From NCBI GenBank assembly GCA_964035545.1, contig CAXIUT010000210.1, positions 1 to 31,314 on the forward strand: DNA of 31,314 nt. Direction: 5' to 3'. Below are positions 23,585 through 31,314 of the stretch, piece by piece. Positions within the stretch are counted from its first letter, which is position 1. The number at the start of each line of letters is the position of its first letter. This DNA is from Bugula neritina (Eukaryota > Animalia > Bryozoa). A program made the translations under genes and the position numbers. Under the pieces are notes generated by a model, which saw only the letters and a list, made by a program, of their open reading frames with translations, was not told where the DNA came from and did no database searches.

Positions 23585-26011
23585 ATGAACCACTTAGTCT
23601 ACAATCCTAACACCAACCGTCAGATCCCAGAATGGATTCATGCTTATATTAGCGAATAGTAGATCAATCACTTTTAGTCAATTATTGAAAGAACTTGTGA
23701 TTATCTTTAAGTTATTACTACCAACAAAAACAAAAATAATATCGTCACTGATACAATGAAAAATTTGTTTACTTTTGGATCTAGTCCTTCGTTGGTATAA
23801 AAAAAAGCTTCAATTAAAGATGAGGGAGGAATAGATTTTTATATTGATGAAATCAATGAACTTCAAGTTAGGTTTGAAAATTAGAAAGAGTAGTTTTAAA
23901 AATTTTAGATTAAAATGAATAGAGAAGTCAATTAGAATTATGTTAGTCGTTAGGAATTGAATTAGTCACCTAATAAGTTGAAAAGTTAGGTTGTTGAACC
24001 AAATAAAGGAATTCATCGAAAAGTTGAAGGTTGCTAAAAACATCTTTTAACTCTAAAAACAAAAGCTATTATTTTTTATAATTAATTTTTACAACAAGAA
24101 GATGAATTATTGTCAGATTTTACTAAGATGAAGTTATACCAGTTGAGGAAAAAACTTCATCAAGTTAGTAACTATTTAGATGAGAAAGGAATGGGATAAT
24201 ATCATAAGGTAGAATAGAAGGTAAGAGTTTTATTTGACAATCTTTTTATTTAATGCGATTACTTGAAGATTTTTATAATGAAAAATGTGGATATCTTTGA
24301 AAAACATGCTGATAATGATCACAGTGGTGATGAACCTGAAGTTGCTGCTTTACGATAAAAATAGTTGCAGAAATTGAAGGATATAATGGGTGATATTGAA
24401 GATCTTAAGAAAGATGTTAGAGAATTATACTTTTTGCATTATAGTAAGAAGAAAATCAAGAAGATTAAAGACCACCAGAAGCTATAAAAACATATAAAAG
24501 ATGAGATAGCTATTCATTCGACATAATATGAGAGTTTGACTACTTTTTAGGCCTTGGGGACTGGATTTGTATTTGCTGTGTTGGTTGTGGCTCTTCTAAT
24601 TATCATTATTTTTAGACAGATAAATATAGAAGAATTAGAGTAGCAAGATGATTACAAAATAGATTTTCAGGTTTGGAGAGGTGCAAGTTATCTAATTTGG
24701 TTTAACTGGGTCTGCGCGATGGTATTCTTTTTGTTGACATATTCTGGAGTGAACTATAAATTGGCTTTATTATAAAACGATCAGGTAATAGGCAAGTATC
24801 AACCTTTCTTTTGGACTGCAAGTTTATTATCAGCAATTTATTTAAGTCTTTTTCTGGTGTACTTATTGCATCAGCTAAAAATCATCTAAGGATATGATTA
24901 AATATCAAATATGCCATATTACATGTGGATAATAAATTTGGCATTTATGTTGAATCCATTTAAGATATTAAATTACCAATCTCGTAAATATTTTCTTTAT
25001 CTTCTTCTTGAAAACTTTGCTTCTTTGTTCAGACCGATGAACATGAATATCTTCTGGCTGGGAGTAATAATAGGCAGTTGTATTCAACCTTTTAATGATA
25101 TGGCGTTTACTCTTTGTACTTTGAGATTTAATGATCAACCTCGATGTTAGTAACAGGCTCGTACTGCAACTTTTATCTTTGTGGCTGTTTATTCGTTTTT
25201 CAGAGTAGTTCAGAACTTTAGATTACATTTCCAGGGATTTACTGGCATCCTCAGTCGACCAAACGTTGGTTCTATTGCTGTGGTTAGTGGTCTCAATACA
25301 ATTATAGCTAGTTATCTGTATGGTAATAATGATACATCTGAGTTGTTGATTTATTGGATAGCTAGTGCTGTTTTATCAACTATTGCTGGTACTGTGGCTG
25401 ATTTTCATGCTGATTGGGGAATACTTAGCTGTTATCAAGATGATTGTGTACTGAGGCAGTATATTCATTTTAATAGAGGGACTTTTTACTTTTGGATGGT
25501 TGTTGATGGTATTTTGAATGTTGCTTGGGTGCTGACTATATCAAATACTTTAAGGGCTTTTTTGAGTATAAATATACTTTATTTTTTTATGGTACTTCAA
25601 TTTGTATAGTTTTCAAGAAAAGGAATCTGGATGTCTTTTCGGGTAGAATAAGATCATGCTGTTAATGTTGGATGTTTGAGAGCTTTGGCTGATGATACAC
25701 ATATTTCTAAAGAGGTAAATAAGGTTATCAATAGTCAACATGGTTCAGATAGTCAAAATAATAGTTAAAAGATGATACTTGATACAAAGAAGAAGATAAG
25801 ACCTTTTTTAATTGAGTTATCTCCTATCAAGAGGTAGTAGAGAAGAGAAATATTTCCTGAAGAAGTTGTTAGATTAGAGGATCTTCAGGTGAAGGTAATA
25901 TAAAAGAAGAAGATGTTGGAAAAAGTAAAACATTTTTTGAATACTCTTTAAGGTTATCTTGATAATATTCATAAAATATACAAAGATCTCAATTGGTAAG
26001 ATGAATATTGA
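23585..26011 (+). CDS. SPX-EXS family protein (XPR1/SYG1/PHO1-like phosphate exporter), 808 aa
   Basis: Continuous frame; QIPEWIHAYI (SPX start), GVNY, DFHADWGIL, LRQ, V-E-FSRKGIWMSFRVEEDHAVNVGCLRA (EXS end, cf. [27 protein letters not shown]); many TM segments. Confidence 0.88.
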
Positions 26012-26192
26012 TTAATTCTATTCTTATTATGATAAATTGTTTAACAATAACTGTATTAAATTAATATTGACTTCATTGATAATTATTTTATCACTCAAGG
26101 ATTCATATGGTTTTTAGTTGTAATTCAATATTTTTAAAATATGAATCATTATCTTTAGACTTACACTTGATATATTTCAGTTATAATAATAA

Positions 26193-26993
26193 ATGCCTCA
26201 TTATATCGATTCATAACAAATATTTCCAAAACGTCTCGGTCTCATGAATAGATCAACTCTTGTTCTCTAATACTACGATTTATCTCGTGACAAGTTCAAA
26301 AAGCATCTTATTGAGTTTGATTAATCAAAATAACCCAAGATAATAGTATAGGAAATTTTCAAAAATAGCAAACATGTTGCTTACTTGAGAAAGGTAAATC
26401 CTAAACATTTAAGATCTGTACTAGAAGGTTAATCTCTTATGAGTGGCAAAAAGAATAATAGCTATCCTTAATTTCCTGAAGTGCCTAAAGTGGTTTAAAA
26501 TGTGTATTAGAAAATGAGAGAAGTCTAAAAATAAAACATAACATATGACAATTTTCCAACTGAAAAGAAGTAAGTACCTTCATATGATGTCATTACACCT
26601 AGTATGCCAAAATAAGAACCAAAACCTGCTGTTCCTGATCCGGATTAATACTACAACGAATAGTTTTAAGAATTCGATGTTTCTTTATCAATGGACAAAC
26701 CTAATATTTCATCTTCTTTCTCAAAATCAAAAGCAGAGCCATCAAGTGACAAGCCTTCTGGATCTTATGAAGATTCAAATAGTATTAGTGCGATTCCTGA
26801 TAAGAAGAGCAAAATGTAGAAAGTAGAGAAAATAGAGGAATAGCCTCTTTAATTTTAATTTATTGATGAGTAGAAGAAGAAGAAAAAGAAGAAAGATAAA
26901 AGTAAGAGCAAGTAGAAGAAGGCTAAAAAAGAGAAGAAGGTTAAATAGGTGAAGTAGAGCAAACCTGCTGAATAATAGTTCTAATTTTTATGA
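26193..26993 (+). CDS. CEP19 N-terminal-domain-like protein with acidic/Lys-rich tail, 266 aa
   Basis: FPKRLGL..STLVLEYYD..EEIFKNSKHVAYLRKVNPKHL resembles CEP19 (KKCGI..AIILIY..EQLKNNPRHKSYLEQVSLRQL). Confidence 0.6.
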
Positions 26994-27066
26994 TATTAGT
27001 GATCATATAATCAATCATGATTAGATTTTTAATTCATTCTGTTTTATTTATCTTATATATCGCTTA

Positions 27067-27137
27067 TTGGGGTTGGGGTTGGGGTTGGGGTTGGGGTTGG
27101 GGTTGGGGTTGGGGTTGGGGTTGGGGTTGGGGTTGGG
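27067..27137 (+). repeat. Internal telomere tract (TTGGGG)11 + TTGGG in right-end orientation
   Basis: Perfect repeat, preceded by a 73-nt AT-rich spacer after a stop codon and followed directly by coding sequence. Confidence 0.97.
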
Positions 27138-30100
27138 ACGATCTAACCTGAAGTAGTACAGTTCGGAAGAGATGCTTCTCAAACTATCAAAATCATTAAT
27201 AATACTTCTTAAAAGATAACCAACTTCTTCTTTTGTCTTTTCAATCAATAAAAGTTTACATTTACTCCTTAATCATTTTCATTAGCACCCAACTAACATA
27301 AACTAATCGCCATTACATTCAAAATAAAATCATCAAAATCAATAGCTAAAGAATTTGCCTACCTTAAATCAACCTAAATCAATAAAAGAATTACTCTATT
27401 GATTAATCAGTTCCAATCTCCTGATGTTAGACATCGACCAATTGAAGAAGGAGTAGAAGATCTCAATACTTTAAGTTCAAGGGAGTACAAAGATATGCAG
27501 ACTGATGCTATTGAGAAGATGATTAGGTAGAAAGAAGCATATATTGCTATGTTGGAAAAAGAGAGGGAAGGAGTAAATCGAAGTCTTAATTTTAAAACTG
27601 AAGAAAGCGCATAAAAAACTTAAAAAATAAAACGTTAGTTTCAATAAGTTGAGATGAAATTGCTGATGGCATAGAATTAAAAACAAAGTTTGATGAAGGA
27701 AAATATGGCTCTTCAAAGTAAGTTCTAAGAATATAAAAAATTTTGCTAATCTGATCTAAAAAACTATGAGAAGATAAGTCATGATTATCGTTAGAAGTTA
27801 GAGTAAACTGCAAAGATGCAATAAGAAATAAACTACCTTTAACAACAGGGAAATCAATTTCTATCAAAAATTGAGTAGAAATAACAAAAGATAAAGGAAC
27901 TATAGCAGACGAATAGGAGAAGTATTGAAGATGCTAAAAAATAGACAGAAAAGAAATATGGATATATGTAGGAAAGGTTACAGGAACAGAAGAATATGCA
28001 TCAACAGTCATTGGCTTATGCAGAGGAAAGGATTAAGTAGTTAGAGAAACAATTAGATAATAGTAATTCTTCTAAATAGAAGACTCAATATTTTTAGAAT
28101 TAGTTAAAAAAGAGAGAATAAGAATTGAAAAAGATTATGGAGGCTTTTTAGAGTTAGAGAAGTAGTAATAAATCTTTATAAGCTGAAAGAAAAGATTGAT
28201 GAAGATCTAGCTATCTAATTAAAGTATATCTTAAAGAAATAACTAACTGACATCAAGATTGAAAGAAATGGAGAAAGTCAATCATAATTTGAAGGAAGAA
28301 ATGTATGTATTAAAATCTAAAAGAGTAGAAAAAGATTAATCTTCAGATAAAATGAATCAATATCTAGAGATAGCTCTTGAAAGTTGTAAAAATTAAAATG
28401 ATGCTTTGAAAAGAACCAAAAATTAACTATAAAAGTCATTGGATGAGTTCATGCTAATGAACAGACAGAGTCATGATAATAATAAAACTATGGGAGAGCA
28501 GGTGGTTAAATACAAGGAAGAAGTAGGATTACTTTTAGAGATAAGAGATAATTTATAAAGAAGAAATTAATAAACCAAACAAGAACATCATCTTGCTATC
28601 ATGCAACTTAAAACAGAGAACATCTAGTTGTTAGAGAAATTATCTCTAGGAGAGGCGAGTAAACGTGATGGAAAAATAGGAAAACTAGAAGACTAGATTG
28701 TTGTCTTGAGGAGAGAGTTGGCCAAGGTGACTGTTGATTTGGAAGAGCAAATAGTTAAAAATGAAGAAATGTTGGTTGATAACACCAAGTTGAATTAGAA
28801 AGTGAAGAAATACAAGAAAGATGCTAAGAAGGAATTGAAAAATATTAACGATACTGCTATTAATCAATTACAAAAGGAACATGAATAGAAGAAAACAATG
28901 GCTAGGAGAATAACTCAGCTATAAGAAGTAATCATTAACACTAATTGTGAAAAAGTACAAGATGAAAAAGATATGAATGCTAGAGAGACTAATGCCAGAT
29001 TAAGATTTGAGACAGAAGGAGAGATGAAGAAATAAAGAACTTCTACTCAAGTACTTGGTATTAGAAATCAAAGAAAGGAAATTCAATATTCTCAAGTTTC
29101 TTCTAATAATGATATACATGCTTAACTAGGATAACTCAGAGAGATCAGTAATTTTATTAGAAATGAGGAAGATCGCTTCAATAGATTATATTAACTAAAT
29201 AATTCTCATGAATAAGTTGAATAGAAGTATGAGCCAAGAGCAGTTATAAAGGTGATAAACTTTTTCAAGAGATTGTAGGGTAAATTGGAACAAGGCAGGA
29301 CTTCAGCAAATATTGATCATGTGAAGTAACTTTAATATTTGAAGGGCAGAATCCGTGAGTTGTAAAATGTAAAGGAAGATAAATAGAATATGTCATCAAT
29401 CAATTTGAGTAAAACTAGATAACACTGCAGTGAGTTGTTAGATTTTGTTCGTGAGTAGATGAAAAATCAATATAAAAAATTGAATTAAACAATTAAGCTA
29501 TCAGAACAAAAACATTAACTCTTAAAGAAGAAAATTTATTAAGAATATAGATCTCGTATTATTGATGCTCTCAACAAAAAAGATAAGAATACTATTGGAC
29601 AATTATAAAGTTTGTTGGAGCGATTTGTTGATGGAATGAGTAATTTGAGTCACAAAGAGGCTGTACTACATAAATAAATCAAGTTAAAACAAAATGCAAG
29701 AAAAAAAAATGCTGAATTAAAGGAGAAAGTTAATGAATTAAACTATCTATTACAAAAAAAGGGACATTGTTCAAGGGATCCAATCAAGTTGGTCTATAAT
29801 TAGACTTAAATATAGTGGCAAGAAAGTTTAAAGAGATAGGCTGAACATTTAACTTTGACTGCTGAACATCAAAGAATCAAAGAAGAGTTAGAATTGGTTT
29901 AGACTTAGTTGGCTGATCTAAGAGATGAATTTAAAATATTGGAAAAACAGTTAGATGATAAATCAGATGAAGTACTAAAGTTGAAAAGGTATCAGATAGA
30001 TATTCAAACTAACTATGATAAATAACTTCAGAAACAGTATGAAATAATGGAATAAAATAAAAAGAAAATAATGGAGATGACAAAAAATAGTAAAGAAGTT

Positions 30101-30807
30101 ATCAAATATGGAAAAGAAAAAGAAAATAGTCATTTGAAAGAAAGTCTTAATAAACAAAAATAAGTGATCAAACAGTTAAGAGAGAAAGAGAAAATATTTA
30201 AGAATTATTGGAAGAAAGTCATCGAGGTGAAGAAAAGGAAAAGAAAAGAATTCATGAAGAAAGTCGAGTTATTGAGTCTATGAGAGATTTGAAGGAGAAT
30301 AATCGATAACTAAGAGGATAAAATAGCAAATTAAAGGAAAAAGTAGCAAAAATAGAATAAGAATTGGAGAAGAAGAACACTTACATGAAGAATCTTAAAG
30401 GAGATATTGAAGATAATCGAATCAGAGTTCAGAAAAAAGAATAAATATAAAATGATTCTCTGAAACAAGAGATAAAGCAGTTGAATGATGAGTTGAAGAA
30501 AATTAGATAATAGATGTAGAAGTTGAAGAAAAAGAAAGAGAAAGAAGTATCATAACTTAGGAATGAGATCGATCGGCTGAAGAATGAAAATTTGATAACT
30601 TAGAAGTCTTTAGAGAGTATAACTAGAGCTTTGATGGACACTATTAGAAAGACATATGGGCGACTCAAGAGGTTAGTAAAGAGAAAGAAAGGACGAGATG
30701 TATAGGACAGACAAAAAGCATTTTAAAATCTACAAGGAGTGCATATAAATGCTTTAAAAATAGACTAAGCTTTTGAATAAGTGATGGCCATAATGTAGGA
30801 CGACTGA
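27138..30807 (+). CDS. 5'-truncated protein with N-terminal Ig-like (MSP/ASH-like) domain plus long coiled coil (~1220 aa; frameshifts near 28190 and 30195)
   Basis: Frame opens at the first base after the telomere tract: TIEPEVVQF..TIKIINNTSEKIT..FTFTPESFSLAPNEHKLIAITF; then E/K-rich heptads; ends AIMEDD-TGA. Confidence 0.7.
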
Positions 30808-30885
30808 TATTTCCATTTTATTTCATTAGTATTAACATATAGTCAAAATGCCTCTTTATTTATAATTTAAAATATATATTTCAAC

Positions 30886-31134
30886 ATGATCATTCCAGTG
30901 CGTTGCTTCAGCTGTGGGAAGGTGATAGCTCACAAGTGGGAGGAGTTTTGTATGATGGTCGGCTAGAGAGATGAAAACGGATAGGCTGGAGAAGATGTGG
31001 ATGTTGGAAAGATATTGGACAAGTTGGGATTCAGTCGATATTGCTGTCGAAGAATGTTTTTGTCACATGTTGATCTCATCGATAAATTGCTCAACTATAA
31101 CATCTACAAAATTGGAGTTAGTGATGCAAGATGA
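30886..31134 (+). CDS. RPB10: RNA polymerases I/II/III shared subunit RPB10 (RPABC5), 82 aa
   Basis: [18 protein letters not shown]...[28 protein letters not shown]; two in-frame TAG codons, TGA stop. Confidence 0.97.
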
Positions 31135-31238
31135 TTTTATGACTTTGTTTTAAAAATCTATTATTTTATTACGAGAATTTAATCAAGAGCTAAATCTATG
31201 ATTAATATATGTTTGAGTAATAAGTATTAATTATCAAA

Positions 31239-31314
31239 TGGGGTTGGGGTTGGGGTTGGGGTTGGGGTTGGGGTTGGGGTTGGGGTTGGGGTTGGGGTTG
31301 GGGTTGGGGTTGGG
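31239..31314 (+). repeat. Right telomere TGGGG(TTGGGG)11TTGGG
   Basis: Perfect T2G4 repeat at the sequence end, 104 nt after the RPB10 stop. Confidence 0.98.

Noticed and set aside
27009-27023. Shared subtelomeric words AATCAA / ATGATTA here and at 31181-31204 as a chromosome-breakage signal
   Set aside because: Short AT-rich words at different distances from the telomere (50 versus 41 nt), absent at the left end; two ends are too few. No Tetrahymena Cbs-like motif was seen.
27048-27248. ORF-track protein with PNPNPN repeat
   Set aside because: It is only the translation of the telomere tract on the minus strand.
79-31134. Standard ciliate code (UAR=Gln) or split code (UAA=Lys, UAG=Glu)
   Set aside because: TAA occupies near-invariant Glu sites (USP DAxEF, transposase catalytic E, TECR KEF). 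Only isolated weak positions, such as N-TAA-YYC and one TAA/CAA repeat pair near 19345-19365, would fit Gln.
7508-31153. Most short hydrophobic ORFs in the supplied track (e.g. 9887, 13619, 16764, 19757, 27477, 28685, 29975, 30971)
   Set aside because: They are antisense or off-frame shadows of real genes, produced by using the wrong genetic code.

Overview
This is eukaryotic DNA, not prokaryotic: an AT-rich, gene-dense ciliate macronuclear (somatic) sequence capped at both ends by (CCCCAA/TTGGGG)n telomeres, with a third telomere tract inside at 27067-27137. The supplied ORF track is misleading because TAA and TAG are sense codons here. Conserved-motif positions in at least five unrelated proteins show both encode glutamate and only TGA stops (matches NCBI table 30, the peritrich nuclear code). 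Re-read in that code, about 20 tightly packed genes appear: a USP deubiquitinase cut by the left telomere, a kelch protein, a DBF4-type zinc-finger protein, a degenerate signal-peptide-peptidase homolog, TECR, a secreted His/Ser-rich protein, an NT-C2 coiled-coil protein, a C-terminal-only RRS1-like protein, an IS630/Tc1-mariner DD39E transposase without visible inverted repeats, a V8-like serine protease-TPR fusion, an SPX-EXS (XPR1/SYG1-like) protein, a CEP19-like protein, an Ig-like/coiled-coil protein and RPB10. Three introns are exactly 20 nt. Many single-base frameshifts, mostly at 0.1-12.5 kb, are probably sequencing errors. The window is most likely a ~27 kb minichromosome joined to a 4 kb end of another molecule. 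The best leads are the candidate domesticated transposase, the short telomeres all ending in one register (one added inside a gene), the His-rich secreted protein and the protease-TPR fusion. All family calls are by-eye motif recognition; no database searches were run.
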